64,000 bases of DNA from Candidatus Omnitrophota bacterium (GTDB lineage Bacteria > Omnitrophota > Gorgyraeia > 1-14-0-20-64-10). Position 1 is the first letter of the stretch; every line of letters begins with the position of its first letter. Of this stretch, positions 1 to 10,044 are shown in pieces. The DNA lies in contig JACOVG010000027.1 of the NCBI GenBank assembly GCA_016177405.1, positions 14,733 to 78,732 of the forward strand, in the 5' to 3' direction. A model generated the notes under the pieces. The model did not search any database. It was not told the origin of the DNA and worked only from the letters and a program-made list of their open reading frames with translations. A program made the position numbers and the translations under genes.

Positions 1-363
1 CTTGCGATCGGGGTCCTCTCCTGGACGGCCGGTTTCGACATCCTCTACGCCCTGTTAGACCTTGACTTCGATCGCGCCCACAGCGTATATTCAATTCCTC
101 GACGTTTTGGCATTGAAACCGCCCTCAAAATCTCCAGCGGGTGCCATGGTTTGGCTCTGTTAAGCTTTGCCTGGTTTGGAGTTGCGGCGGGGTTGGGCGG
201 GTGGTTTGGGCTGGGACTCTTGCTGGTCGCCGGGCTTCTCTGGTACGAACACCGCTTGGTTCAACCTTCAAGGCTCGATCGAATCAACAAGGCCTTCTTT
301 ACCGTGAACGGATGGGTGAGCGTTTCCTTGTTCCTCTTTACACTGCTGGATCTTAAGCTGTGA
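1..363 (+). CDS. UbiA-family aromatic prenyltransferase, C-terminal part; the 5' end lies outside the window
   Basis: Frame 1 is open from base 1 to the stop at 361-363. The translation (FDILYALLDLDFDRAHSVYSIPRRFG followed by hydrophobic helices) matches the UbiA/MenA family. Its position next to ubiX and the mqn genes suggests the futalosine-pathway prenyltransferase. Confidence 0.6.
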   Translation, partial: LAIGVLSWTAGFDILYALLDLDFDRAHSVYSIPRRFGIETALKISSGCHGLALLSFAWFGVAAGLGGWFGLGLLLVAGLLWYEHRLVQPSRLDRINKAFFTVNGWVSVSLFLFTLLDLKL

Positions 364-953
364 ACCACCCCATTGTGGCCGTCACCGGCGCCTCCGGCTC
401 CTGCTACGGGATCCGGCTGGTCCGCTGCCTGATGGAGGCCGGGTTGACGCCGCACGTGGTGGTCAGCCCCGCCGGCCGTCAGGTGATGGCGCTGGAGATG
501 GGCTCCGGCGATTTGAAACAGCACCTGGGAACCACGGGCTACCGGGAGGAGAGCGTCCGGGATCTGGCCTCTCCCTTGGCCAGCGGCTCCTTCCCGACCC
601 TGGGGATGGTCATCATCCCCTGCTCCATGGGGACCCTGGGGGCGGTGGCCAACGGGGTCGCCTCGAACCTTATCCACCGGGCCGCCGAGGTCACCCTGAA
701 GGAGGGGCGCAAGCTGATCGTGGTGCCCCGCGAGACGCCCCTGTCGCAGATTGCCTTAAAGAACATGCTTCAGCTCTCCCAGGCCGGCGCGCAGGTCGTT
801 CCGGCCAATCCCGGGTTCTACCACAACCCCTCTTCCATAGAGGATCTGGTGGATTTTGTGGTGGGCCGGGTGCTGGATCTGATGGGAGTTTCCCACCGCC
901 TGGTGAAGCGCTGGACCGGCGTTCCGGTTTTCGACGATGCTCTCCACGATTGA
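360..953 (+). CDS. ubiX: Flavin prenyltransferase UbiX/Pad1 family
   Basis: 197 aa. N-terminus MNHPIVAVTGASGSxYGIRL and a downstream CSMGTLG-type motif are typical of UbiX. It overlaps the upstream stop by 4 nt. Confidence 0.85.
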   Translation: MNHPIVAVTGASGSCYGIRLVRCLMEAGLTPHVVVSPAGRQVMALEMGSGDLKQHLGTTGYREESVRDLASPLASGSFPTLGMVIIPCSMGTLGAVANGVASNLIHRAAEVTLKEGRKLIVVPRETPLSQIALKNMLQLSQAGAQVVPANPGFYHNPSSIEDLVDFVVGRVLDLMGVSHRLVKRWTGVPVFDDALHD

Positions 954-2022
954 CCCCGCCTGTTCGGACATCGCCGAGAAGGTCCGAATCGGCGCCCGCC
1001 TGACCCGGGAAGAGGGCCTGCGCCTTTTTGAGGCCGACCTCTGGACCCTGGGGGGCCTGGCCAACGAGGTCCGGCAGCGCCTGCACCAGGGGAAGACCTA
1101 TTACACCCACACCCTGCACTTGAATTACACGAACGCCTGCGTTCTCTCCTGCGGGCTGTGCGCCTTCTTCAGGCCCCTCGATCACGCCCAGGCGTACACC
1201 TTTTCTTTGGAGGAGATCCGGCGGCGCGCCCAGGCCGCCGGAAAATTGGGGATCCGGGAGTTTCACATCACCGGGGGCCTCAACCCCAAGCTCCCCTTCA
1301 GCTATTACGAAGAGATGCTCCGGATCTTGAAGGAGGTCGTCCCCGCGGCCACGGTCAAGGCCTTCACGTCGGTGGAGATCGATTTCTTCTCCAAGCTCTA
1401 CCGGCTTTCGGTGGATGAGGTTTTTGAGCGTTTGAAGGCGGCCGGGTTGGACTGCCTGCCCGGAGGCGGCGCCGAGATCCTGGCCGCGCGGGCGCGCCAG
1501 ATCATCTGCCCGGAGAAGATGAGCGGCGAGCGGTGGCTCGCCGTTGCCCGGCAGGCCCACCAGCATGGGATCCCCACCAACGCCACGATGCTCTACGGTC
1601 ACGTGGAGACGATCGAGGAGCGGGTGGACCACCTGCTGGCCCTGCGGGATCTGCAGGATGAGACCGGCGGAATTCAGGCCTTTGTCCCTTTGAGCTTTCA
1701 TGCCGAAAACACCGCGTTCGCGGATCTGGCCCCCACCACCGGGTTCGAGGACCTGGCGGTCTACGCGGTCTCCCGGCTCCTTTTGGACAACGTTCCCCAC
1801 CTCAAGCTCCTGTGGACTTATGTCGGCACCAAGATGATCCAGACGGCGCTGGATTTCGGGGTGGACGATGTGGGCTCCACCAACCTGGAGGAGCGGATCG
1901 TCAAGGCCGCCGGGGCCGACCACTCCGACCGCCCCACCGTGGATGAGCTGACCGGCATGATCGAGCGCTCGGGACAGGAGCCTGTTCTGGTGGACAGCCT
2001 TTACCGGGAGAAGGCGCTCTGA
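937..2022 (+). CDS. Radical SAM enzyme of the futalosine pathway (MqnE or MqnC)
   Basis: 361 aa. CxxxCxFC-type cluster (NACVLSCGLCAFF) and overall similarity to the paralogous CDS at 2867..3997. It abuts mqnA. The sequence alone does not let me assign E versus C. Confidence 0.75.
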   Translation: MLSTIDPACSDIAEKVRIGARLTREEGLRLFEADLWTLGGLANEVRQRLHQGKTYYTHTLHLNYTNACVLSCGLCAFFRPLDHAQAYTFSLEEIRRRAQAAGKLGIREFHITGGLNPKLPFSYYEEMLRILKEVVPAATVKAFTSVEIDFFSKLYRLSVDEVFERLKAAGLDCLPGGGAEILAARARQIICPEKMSGERWLAVARQAHQHGIPTNATMLYGHVETIEERVDHLLALRDLQDETGGIQAFVPLSFHAENTAFADLAPTTGFEDLAVYAVSRLLLDNVPHLKLLWTYVGTKMIQTALDFGVDDVGSTNLEERIVKAAGADHSDRPTVDELTGMIERSGQEPVLVDSLYREKAL

Positions 2023-2867
2023 TGGCCGCCCCCACCGCCGCGCTCGAGGAGCGGCCCCGGACCGAGAAGCCTTCTGTCATCCGGCTCGGGGACATTCAAT
2101 TCCTCAACTCCTGGCCGGTCACCTACGCCCTTCGAATGGGGAAGGCAGGACGGGGGGCAGCCGTCACCTCCGGCACCCCGGCCGAGATCAGCCGGCGGCT
2201 GCTCTCCGGCGAGCTGGACGCCAGCGCCATTTCCTCTCTCCTCTACCTGAAGCATGAGGAGGAGCTCGCGGCCGTTCCCGGTTTTTGCATCCGGGCCGGG
2301 GGGGCGGTCGGCTCTGTTTTGGTGATCAGCCGCAAGCCCCTGGAGAGTCTTCGCTGGAAGAAGATCGGCGTCACCAGCACCGGGGCCACGACCCCGGTGC
2401 TGCTCAAAATCCTGATGGCCCGGAGAGGTTTCAGGATGGACTGCGAGGTGACCTCCCTGCGCTACCCGGAGATCCTGGAGGAATATCCCGCCGCGCTTTT
2501 GATCGGCGATGAGGCGCTGGCGGCCAGCCGCCAGGCCCGCAGCGTTTTCCTGTGGGATTTGTCCGCCAGCTGGACCCAATGGACCGGGCTTCCGATGGTC
2601 TTCGCCCTTTGGGCGGTCCGGCGCCGCCTGGTGGAGCGGGACCCCGATCTGCCCGGAAAAATCCAAGGGCTCCTGGCCCAATCGCACGCCTGGGGCAAGG
2701 CGCACCCGAATGCGCTGATCGCTGCGATGCAGGAGGTCTTTCCCTGGCCGGCTGCCTATTTCCAGCAGTACCTGGGCCGCCTGTCTTACACCCTCGACCC
2801 CAAGGCCTGGGCCGGAATCCGGCGGCTGGCCCGTGAGGCTTCGAACATCGGAGAGCTCCCCTCCTGA
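2022..2867 (+). CDS. mqnA: MqnA/MqnD family (chorismate dehydratase or 1,4-dihydroxy-6-naphthoate synthase)
   Basis: 281 aa. N-terminal RLGDIQFLNSWPVTYAL resembles the MqnA signature (riGrIpYLNalP). Periplasmic-binding-like fold. It lies between two Mqn radical-SAM genes and is translationally coupled to both. Confidence 0.7.
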   Translation: MAAPTAALEERPRTEKPSVIRLGDIQFLNSWPVTYALRMGKAGRGAAVTSGTPAEISRRLLSGELDASAISSLLYLKHEEELAAVPGFCIRAGGAVGSVLVISRKPLESLRWKKIGVTSTGATTPVLLKILMARRGFRMDCEVTSLRYPEILEEYPAALLIGDEALAASRQARSVFLWDLSASWTQWTGLPMVFALWAVRRRLVERDPDLPGKIQGLLAQSHAWGKAHPNALIAAMQEVFPWPAAYFQQYLGRLSYTLDPKAWAGIRRLAREASNIGELPS

Positions 2868-3997
2868 TGCCGGCCATCGGAGAGCTCCTGAAAAAAGCGG
2901 TGGAGGGGGAGCGTCTTTCCCCGGAGGAGGCCCTTTTCCTTTATGAGAAAGCGCCCTCCCTCGCCCTTGGGCGGGCGGCCGACCAAGTCCGGCGCCGCCT
3001 CCATCCCAAGCCGCTGGGCACCTTTGTGGTGGACCGGAACATCAATTACGCCAATGCCTGCGTCGCCGACTGCTCCTTCTGCGCCTTTTACCGGAAGCCG
3101 GGGCACCCCGAGGCCTACCGGCTGCCGACCGCCGAGATCCTGCGCCGGGTGGGAGAGCTCGTTGATCTGGGCGGCACCCAGGTTCTTTTCCAGGGAGGGC
3201 TGGACCCTGATCTGCCCCTCTCTTTTTACGAGGAGCTCTGCCGCGCGGTGAAGGCCCGCTACCCCGGGATTCACCTGCACTCCTTTTCCGCCCCGGAGAT
3301 TGACCTCATGAGCCAGGTTTCCGGCAAGAGCCACCGCGAGGTCTTGGAGGCCTTGAGGGCGGCCGGCTTGGACTCGATGCCGGGCGGAGGCGCGGAGATT
3401 CTGGTGGAGAGGGTCCGGCAGGCGGTGAGCCCCAAGAAGCTTTCGGCCGCCGGGTGGTTCGCGGTTCACCGGGCCGCCCATGAGACGGGCCTGAAGACGA
3501 CCGCCACGATGACCTACGGGATGGTGGAAACGCTGGCTGAGCGGATAGAGCACCTTGTCCGCTTGAGAGATCTGCAGGATGAGACCGGCGGCTTCCGGGC
3601 CTTTATCCCCTGGAGCTTTCAGCGGGGGCACACGGTCTTGAACACCCCTCCGGCGGGCGGGATGGAATATTTGAGGGTCATCGCCATCTCACGCCTGACG
3701 CTGGACAACATCCCGAACCTCCAGGCCGGCTGGGTGACCGAGGGGCCCAAGCTCGCCCAACTGGCGCTCGGCTTCGGGGCCAACGACTTCGGCGGGATCC
3801 TGTTGGACGAAGTGGTGGTGGGGGCCACCGGGGTGGTTTACCGGGTCGACCAGGCCGAGGTTCTTAGGCTCATCCGCGGGGCGGGGCGCGTCCCGGCCCA
3901 GCGGAACACCAAGTACGAAATCCTGAAGATCTTTCACGATGAAGACACAAACAAAGACCCTAGAGCGAATCTACAGCCCCATTCGGTCAGAGCTTAA
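2867..3997 (+). CDS. Radical SAM enzyme of the futalosine pathway (MqnC or MqnE), paralog of 937..2022
   Basis: 376 aa. NYANACVADCSFCAFY cluster motif. Colinear similarity to the upstream paralog (TATMxYGxVET, RDLQDETGG, LDNIPxL). Confidence 0.75.
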   Translation: MPAIGELLKKAVEGERLSPEEALFLYEKAPSLALGRAADQVRRRLHPKPLGTFVVDRNINYANACVADCSFCAFYRKPGHPEAYRLPTAEILRRVGELVDLGGTQVLFQGGLDPDLPLSFYEELCRAVKARYPGIHLHSFSAPEIDLMSQVSGKSHREVLEALRAAGLDSMPGGGAEILVERVRQAVSPKKLSAAGWFAVHRAAHETGLKTTATMTYGMVETLAERIEHLVRLRDLQDETGGFRAFIPWSFQRGHTVLNTPPAGGMEYLRVIAISRLTLDNIPNLQAGWVTEGPKLAQLALGFGANDFGGILLDEVVVGATGVVYRVDQAEVLRLIRGAGRVPAQRNTKYEILKIFHDEDTNKDPRANLQPHSVRA

Positions 3998-4946
3998 AGC
4001 GGCCGATACGCTTCTGGCTCGGGAGCTGTCCGCCGGCGCCGGCCTGATGGGGGAGCTCACCCGGTATGTGGCCCGGATGCAGGGCAAGCGGATCCGGCCG
4101 GCCCTGGCCCTCTTGAGCGCGAGGCTCATCGCCGGCGGGCGAAACGGCGCCTCCGGCTTGGGGAGGGAGCCCATTGCCCTGGCGGTGGCGGTGGAGCTGA
4201 TCCACACGGCCACCCTCCTTCACGACGACGTGATTGACGGGGCCAGTCTGCGCCGGGGCCTGTCCACCCTGAACGCCAAGTGGGGCAACACCCTCTCGGT
4301 CCTTTCCGGGGATTACCTCTATTCCAAGGCCTTTTGCCTTTTGAGCTCCCTGGAGTCTCCCGGCGTTCTCAAGCTCATGTCCGAGACGGCCCGGATCCTC
4401 TGTGAGGGGGAGGTGGCCCAGATCCACCATCAGTACAACACAGCCCTCTCCCGGGCGCAGTACCTGAAGATCATCGGGGCCAAGACCGCCTCCCTCATGT
4501 CGGCCTGCGCTCAAGCCGGCGCGCTGCTGGCTGGGGCAACGCCGCGCCAGGCGCTCCGGCTGTCCCGGTTCGGCCTTCAATTCGGTCTGGCCTTCCAGGT
4601 TCTGGACGACACCCAGGATCTGGTGGGAGACGAGGCCGCGCTGGGCAAATCGCTGGGGACCGACGCCGCGCTTGGAAACATCACGCTGCCCTTGATCGCC
4701 CTGATGGAATCGGGGGCCGCGGACGTTTCAAAGCGCCTGTCGGCCTGGTACGGCAACGGCCACTCCCCGGCCGCGGAGGCCGAGCTTTTGACCCTTCTGC
4801 GCGAAGAAGTGATCCGCCGAAAAATCCCGCAGGCCTGCCGAAGATTGGCGGGGCGGTTCCTCGACCGCTCCCGAGAGGCTTTGGAACCCTTTCCGGATTC
4901 GCCTGCGAAGGAAAGCCTCTTGGCGCTGGCCGATTATCTGTTATAA
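3939..4946 (+). CDS. Polyprenyl diphosphate synthase (trans-IPPS family)
   Basis: 335 aa. Both aspartate-rich motifs are present (LLHDDVIDGASLRRG and FQVLDDTQD). The 5' end overlaps the upstream gene by 59 nt, so the true start may be an internal codon. Confidence 0.8.
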   Translation: MKTQTKTLERIYSPIRSELKAADTLLARELSAGAGLMGELTRYVARMQGKRIRPALALLSARLIAGGRNGASGLGREPIALAVAVELIHTATLLHDDVIDGASLRRGLSTLNAKWGNTLSVLSGDYLYSKAFCLLSSLESPGVLKLMSETARILCEGEVAQIHHQYNTALSRAQYLKIIGAKTASLMSACAQAGALLAGATPRQALRLSRFGLQFGLAFQVLDDTQDLVGDEAALGKSLGTDAALGNITLPLIALMESGAADVSKRLSAWYGNGHSPAAEAELLTLLREEVIRRKIPQACRRLAGRFLDRSREALEPFPDSPAKESLLALADYLL

Positions 4947-4971
4947 AATAAACTCTCTAACCCGGTTACGG

Positions 4972-5580
4972 ATGGCTTACTATCCCGTCTTTCTTGAGCT
5001 GAAGGGCCGCTTGTGCCTGGTGGTGGGGGGCGGCGAGGTGGCCTATCGGAAGGCCCACAGCCTCGCCGGCTGCGGGGCGAAGGTCGAGGTGGTCGCGCCC
5101 AAACTCCACCCCGGACTCCGGCGCCTCGCGGAACGCAAGAAGATCCGCTGGGTCCGCGGCTTGTTCCGTCAGGCGCACTTGAAGGGGGCCGATCTGGTGA
5201 TTGCGGCGACCGACGAGGCGCGGGTCAACACCGCGGCCTCGGCCTGGGCCAGGAAGCGGGGTTTGTGGATCAACGTGGTGGACCGGCCTTCGTTGTGCTC
5301 TTTCATTGTTCCATCGGTCGTCCGGCGGGGCAAGCTCGTCTTCGCCGTTTCCACCGGCGGGGCGAGCCCGGCGCTGGCCAAATGGATCCGGAGGGATCTT
5401 CAGGCCCGTTATGGCCCGGAGTTCAAAGGGCTGCTCGCGGCAATCGCCAAGGTCCGCGGGAAGGTGCAACGCAGGGTGCTCGGCCTCCGGCAGCGCAAGA
5501 AACTTTTTGAAGAGGCCCTGGCGGCCTACTTCAGGGTGATACAAAACAATGCCGATCGCGGTTCTCGGATTAAACCATAA
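4972..5580 (+). CDS. Precorrin-2 dehydrogenase / sirohydrochlorin ferrochelatase N-terminal-domain protein (SirC/Met8-like)
   Basis: 202 aa. Rossmann motif VVGGGEVAYRKAHSLAGCGAKVEVVAP is typical of the CysG N-terminal domain or SirC. It is adjacent to hemA. Confidence 0.7.
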   Translation: MAYYPVFLELKGRLCLVVGGGEVAYRKAHSLAGCGAKVEVVAPKLHPGLRRLAERKKIRWVRGLFRQAHLKGADLVIAATDEARVNTAASAWARKRGLWINVVDRPSLCSFIVPSVVRRGKLVFAVSTGGASPALAKWIRRDLQARYGPEFKGLLAAIAKVRGKVQRRVLGLRQRKKLFEEALAAYFRVIQNNADRGSRIKP

Positions 5581-6577
5581 AACAGCCCCGGTAGAGCTTC
5601 GGGAGCGGCTGGCCTTTCAGAAGGAAAGGGTGCCGGAGGCGCTGGCCCGCCTGCGCCGGGAGCTTCACATCCCGGAGTGCGTGATCCTCTCCACCTGCAA
5701 CCGGGTGGAGCTGTACGCCTTCCTGCCGGAACTGAACGGCCATCACCATCGGCTCAAGGAATTCCTGGCCCGCTTCCATCAGGTGGAGCCCCAGGCGCTG
5801 GGCGACCGGCTCTATTGGCATCTGGAGCCCTCCTCCATCCGGCATCTGTTCCGGGTGGCCTGCGGCCTGGAGTCGATGGTGGTGGGGGAATCGGAGATCC
5901 TCGGTCAGGTGCGCGAGGCCTACCAGAAGGGAGTTTCCTGCGGCAGCGTGGGCGAGGTGTTTCACCGGCTTTTTCAGACGGCCTTGAAAACCGGAAAGGC
6001 CGTTCGCTCCAAGACCCGGATCGGGCAGGGGGCCGTGTCGGTGAGCTCGGCCGCCGTGGAGCTTGCCCGCCGGATTTTTCAGGACTTGCCGACGAAGACC
6101 GTCCTCACGCTGGGAGCGGGCGCCATGGGAGAGGCGACCCTCCAGTCTCTGAAGGACCAGGGGTTGGGCCGGGTTTTGGTGGTCAACCGCTCTCCGGAGG
6201 CGGCCCGCCAGCTGGCGGCCGTCTTCGGCGGGGAGGCCGTGGCCTGGGAAGATCTGGAGGCCGCGGTGGTCCGCGCCGACATCGTGATCTGCTCGACCGC
6301 CTCCGACCGCTATCTTTTGACCCGCCGCCAGGTTCAGCCCCTCGTGTCGAACCGGCCCCAGAGGCCCCTGTTTTTGATCGACATCTCGGTTCCGCGCAAC
6401 CTCGACCCCGCCATCGGCGATCTGGAGAATGTCCATCTCTACGACATCGACGATCTGGAGGAAATCGCCCTGGCCAACCGGAGGATGCGCTTGAACGAGA
6501 CGGGGGCGTGCACCCGGATCCTTGAGGAGGAGCTGGAACGCTTCCTGATCCGGTTCAGCGGCTCCCTGGCCTCATGA
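5549..6577 (+). CDS. hemA: Glutamyl-tRNA reductase (short form)
   Basis: N-terminus MPIAVLGLNHKTAPVELRERLAF and catalytic-region motifs (ILSTCNRVELY). At 342 aa it lacks the usual C-terminal dimerisation extension. Confidence 0.8.
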   Translation: MPIAVLGLNHKTAPVELRERLAFQKERVPEALARLRRELHIPECVILSTCNRVELYAFLPELNGHHHRLKEFLARFHQVEPQALGDRLYWHLEPSSIRHLFRVACGLESMVVGESEILGQVREAYQKGVSCGSVGEVFHRLFQTALKTGKAVRSKTRIGQGAVSVSSAAVELARRIFQDLPTKTVLTLGAGAMGEATLQSLKDQGLGRVLVVNRSPEAARQLAAVFGGEAVAWEDLEAAVVRADIVICSTASDRYLLTRRQVQPLVSNRPQRPLFLIDISVPRNLDPAIGDLENVHLYDIDDLEEIALANRRMRLNETGACTRILEEELERFLIRFSGSLAS

Positions 6578-7167
6578 CCCCCGCCGACCCGGCACCCTCC
6601 CCGTCCCCCCCGGCGCCCAAGGGACCCGTGAAGTCGGCCCAGCAGGTCGAGGTGGACGAATCCAAGGTCTGGTCCTTGTGGTTCACCCGGCGGGAGTTCC
6701 TCACCCTGGCGGCCTGGGGAGCCTTCCTGGCCGGGTTGGCCGGGACCCTGCTGTCGGCGCTTCGTTTTTTTATCCCCCGCGTCACGTACGATCCCCCATC
6801 GGTTTTCAAGGTGGGCAAGCCGGAGGATTTCTCCCCGGGGGTGGTGGACGAGCGGTGGAAGAAGAAATACCGGATCTGGGTGGTGCGGGACGCCCCGGAG
6901 GCCGGAAGCGGGATCTACGCGATCTTCGCCCGCTGCACCCATTTGGGCTGCACCCCCAACTGGCTGGAGGGGCTGAACAAATTCAAGTGTCCCTGCCACG
7001 GCTCCGGCTTCAGGAGGGGGGGCGTCAATTTTGAAGGGCCCGCCCCCCGGCCCCTGGAGCGCTGCCGGGTGGCGCTGGCCGACGATGGGCAGATCGTGGT
7101 GGATGTCAACACCCGCTTCAAGAATCCCAAGGACTGGAAGCGGCCGGACGCTTATCTGAAGGTATGA
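6574..7167 (+). CDS. Rieske 2Fe-2S subunit of a cytochrome bc-type complex, with a twin-arginine signal
   Basis: 197 aa. [17 protein letters not shown] is a Tat-type signal. Rieske boxes CTHLGC and CPCHGS are both present. Confidence 0.85.
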   Translation: MTPADPAPSPSPPAPKGPVKSAQQVEVDESKVWSLWFTRREFLTLAAWGAFLAGLAGTLLSALRFFIPRVTYDPPSVFKVGKPEDFSPGVVDERWKKKYRIWVVRDAPEAGSGIYAIFARCTHLGCTPNWLEGLNKFKCPCHGSGFRRGGVNFEGPAPRPLERCRVALADDGQIVVDVNTRFKNPKDWKRPDAYLKV

Positions 7168-8678
7168 AGCTCGCCGACCTCGCCCGCGCCATTCGGACCT
7201 CCGCGGTCTGGAAATCGGTCTTCCGGCACGGCTATCAGGACACCCCGCGCAACCGGGCCCTGATGGTCCTCTCCAACGTCTTCCTGCACCTGCACCCCGT
7301 GAAGGTTCGGCCGGCCTCCTTGAGGTTCCGCTACACCTGGGGCCTGGGGGGGTTGTCCTTCTACCTGTTTTTGCTGCTGACGGTGAGCGGGGTCCTCCTC
7401 ATGTTTTACTACCGGCCGACCGTGGACCACGCCTACTGGGACATGAAGGATTTGAGATTTGTCGTTCCCTTTGGCTCCTTCTTGAGAAACATCCACCGGT
7501 GGTCGGCCCACGTGATGGTCCTTTTCGTCATGTTCCACATGATCTCGGTTTTTTACCGAAGCGCCTACAAGGCGCCCCGCGAGTACAACTGGGTGGTGGG
7601 GGTGATCCTGCTTTTGATCACTTTTCTGCTCTCCTTCACGGGGTACCTGCTGCCGTGGGATCAACTGGCCATCTGGGCGGTGACGGTGGGAACCAACATG
7701 GCGGCCAACACGCCCCTCCTGGGGGCCGAGGGGCCCTTCGCCATCGTGACCGCGGACAACGACGCCCGATTCATCCTGCTGGGCTCCAAGATCGTGGGAG
7801 AGGCGGGCCTGATCCGCTTCTACGTCCTGCACTGCGTTCTGCTTCCGCTTTTCTTCATCGGCTTTGTTTCGGTCCATTTCTGGCGGGTGAGAAAGGATGA
7901 GTTCTCGGCCGTGCCGCTGCCGCCCCGGGAGGAGAGGGACCGGGGGGTCAGGCCCGAGGAATGGCTCAAGGCCCACCCGGAGGCGCAGGCCCGGAAGGTC
8001 TTCACCTGGCCCAACCTCGTCTCGCGGGAGTTCGTGGCGGCGCTGGTGGTGACCGCGGGGCTCTCGATCTGGTCGGTCATCGCCCACGCGCCGCTGGAGG
8101 AGCTGGCCAACCCCAACAAGACGCCCAACCCCTCCAAGGCGCCCTGGTACTTTGTGGGGCTTCAGGAGCTGCTCGTCTATTTTGATCCCTGGATTGCCGG
8201 GGTGGTCCTGCCCACGATGATTCTGTTGGGGTTGGCCGCGCTCCCGTACCTCGACCCCAACCCCCGGGGGATCGGATACTACAACTTCCGGGACCGGAAG
8301 TTCGCTTCCGGGATCTTCACCTACGGCATCGCGTTGTGGTTCATCCTGATCGGGATCGGCTACTACCTGCGTGGTCCCGGGTGGGAGATCTACTGGCCCT
8401 GGGAGCCGTGGGACCATTTCCGGCCGGCCTCCTCGGTGGGGCTTTCCAACCTGCCGAACGGCCTTGGGATTCTCTTCCTGCTGGCCTACGGGGCTCTGGG
8501 GATGCTTCTTCCCAAGCTCTGGTTCAAGAATTTCTACAAGCAGCTTGGGCCCTTGCGGTATCTGCTCGTGATGTTCTTTGTGCTGGGGATGTTCTTTGTG
8601 CCGGTCAAGATGATTCTGCGCAACGTCTTCAGGATAAAGTACATTGTGAGCTTGCCCGATTTCAACCTCAACATATGA
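7164..8678 (+). CDS. Cytochrome b subunit (b6/b-type, N- and C-terminal domains fused)
   Basis: 504 aa, polytopic. Conserved His-bearing helices ([32 protein letters not shown]). Translationally coupled to the Rieske gene. Confidence 0.8.
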   Translation: MKLADLARAIRTSAVWKSVFRHGYQDTPRNRALMVLSNVFLHLHPVKVRPASLRFRYTWGLGGLSFYLFLLLTVSGVLLMFYYRPTVDHAYWDMKDLRFVVPFGSFLRNIHRWSAHVMVLFVMFHMISVFYRSAYKAPREYNWVVGVILLLITFLLSFTGYLLPWDQLAIWAVTVGTNMAANTPLLGAEGPFAIVTADNDARFILLGSKIVGEAGLIRFYVLHCVLLPLFFIGFVSVHFWRVRKDEFSAVPLPPREERDRGVRPEEWLKAHPEAQARKVFTWPNLVSREFVAALVVTAGLSIWSVIAHAPLEELANPNKTPNPSKAPWYFVGLQELLVYFDPWIAGVVLPTMILLGLAALPYLDPNPRGIGYYNFRDRKFASGIFTYGIALWFILIGIGYYLRGPGWEIYWPWEPWDHFRPASSVGLSNLPNGLGILFLLAYGALGMLLPKLWFKNFYKQLGPLRYLLVMFFVLGMFFVPVKMILRNVFRIKYIVSLPDFNLNI

Positions 8679-8688
8679 CGGTTCCATA

Positions 8689-9876
8689 ATGCGCCGAAGC
8701 GTCTGGAACTGGCTGTTTCTGGCCTCCAGCTTCTGCCTCGCCCTCCTCTTTATGGTGCTGGTCTGGCAGGAGACCTTCCCGGAGTGGAAGGGCTACCAGG
8801 CGCAGTATTACCGGCGGCTGGCCGATCTGACGGGGGAACCGGGCAAGGCCGCGACGGCCCTGGCCATCAAGCAGGTCCACCTGCCGGAACTGGGACGGGT
8901 GGACCGCTGCATGACCTGCCACATGGGGATAGACAATCCCAGAATGAAGGAGGAGCCGCAGCCCCTGACCACCCACCCCGATCTGGGGATCCCGGAGTTT
9001 CTGGCGAAACACCCCTTTAACGAAATGGGCTGCACCGTTTGCCACCACGGGCAGGGGCCGGCCACGGCCGCGGCCCATGCCCATGGTCCGGTGAAGCATT
9101 GGGAGCAGCCCCTCCTCGATAGGGGCCTGACGGTGGGGACCTGCGCCACCTGCCACGAGGACCTTGAGACCCTGCGGGGGGCCGAGGTGCTGAATCAGGC
9201 CCGGCAGAAATTCGTGAGCTTAGGCTGCATCGGCTGCCACACCCTCAAGGGCTCCGGCATGCTGGTGGGTCCGGAGTTGGCCGAGACCTGGGATAAGTCA
9301 ACCGCAGAGCTCGATTTTAAGTACATCCAGGGCGAGCACACCGTAGCCCGCTGGGTCTACGAGCACTTCATGAACCCGCAGCGGGTGGTTCCGGGCTATC
9401 CGGCCCTGGGGATTCCGGAGACGGCCATGCCCAACTACGAGCTGACCGAAGAGGAGGCCGAGCATCTGACCGCCCTGGTGTTAAGCTTCTCCGCTTCGGA
9501 GACGGTGGTGCCGCTCAAGTTCAAGGTGCGCTCGGGCCCTGCGGCCCCGGAGCCGGCCTACGCCTCCACGGTGGAGAGGGGAAGGGCCCTCTTCATCCGG
9601 TACGGCTGCGTCGGCTGCCACGGCCCCGAGGGGCGCGGCGGCGTTAGGAACAAGAATATGGAGCCGGCGGAGGAGGTTCCGCCGCTGACGTATGTCGCCG
9701 GCGGGTTTACCAGGCAGGAGCTTAAAGACACCATCGCCAACGGCCGCTATCCCGCGCGGGCTGACGCCAACGACCTGGCGCCGCCCCTGTGGATGCCCTC
9801 CTGGAAGGAAAAGATCTCGGAGGAGGAGCTGGAGGCGCTGGCGGATTATCTGTTGTCTCTTTCAACGGAGGGTTAA
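8689..9876 (+). CDS. Pentaheme c-type cytochrome subunit of the bc-type complex
   Basis: 395 aa. N-terminal transmembrane anchor. Five CxxCH motifs: CMTCH, CTVCH, CATCH, CIGCH, CVGCH. Confidence 0.8.
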   Translation: MRRSVWNWLFLASSFCLALLFMVLVWQETFPEWKGYQAQYYRRLADLTGEPGKAATALAIKQVHLPELGRVDRCMTCHMGIDNPRMKEEPQPLTTHPDLGIPEFLAKHPFNEMGCTVCHHGQGPATAAAHAHGPVKHWEQPLLDRGLTVGTCATCHEDLETLRGAEVLNQARQKFVSLGCIGCHTLKGSGMLVGPELAETWDKSTAELDFKYIQGEHTVARWVYEHFMNPQRVVPGYPALGIPETAMPNYELTEEEAEHLTALVLSFSASETVVPLKFKVRSGPAAPEPAYASTVERGRALFIRYGCVGCHGPEGRGGVRNKNMEPAEEVPPLTYVAGGFTRQELKDTIANGRYPARADANDLAPPLWMPSWKEKISEEELEALADYLLSLSTEG

Positions 9877-9879
9877 AAC

Positions 9880-10044
9880 ATGTTCAACATAGGTTGGCCG
9901 GAGCTCGTGCTCATCCTCGTGGTGGTTTTGCTCCTGTTCGGCGCCGCGCGTCTGCCGGAGGTTGCCAAGCAGTTGGGCAAGGCCATCCAGGAGTTCAAGA
10001 AGGCTTTTAAGGGAGAGGATGGAGAAGGAAAGTCCGCGTCCTGA
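9880..10044 (+). CDS. tatA: Sec-independent translocase subunit TatA (54 aa)
   Basis: Not in the supplied ORF track because it is under 60 aa. Translation [45 protein letters not shown] shows the classic TatA transmembrane segment, hinge and amphipathic helix. It lies immediately upstream of tatC. Confidence 0.85.
   Translation: MFNIGWPELVLILVVVLLLFGAARLPEVAKQLGKAIQEFKKAFKGEDGEGKSAS

Noticed and set aside
691-1923. Long antisense ORFs throughout the window (for example 691..1923-, 7152..8687-, 15518..16522-, 32266..33435-, 35240..37048-, 46569..47714-, 52453..53811-, 59459..61660-)
   Set aside because: Each lies opposite a gene with clear family motifs on the other strand. Their translations are Gly/Pro/Arg-rich with no recognisable domains. 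In a roughly 65% GC genome such stop-free antisense frames are expected by chance.
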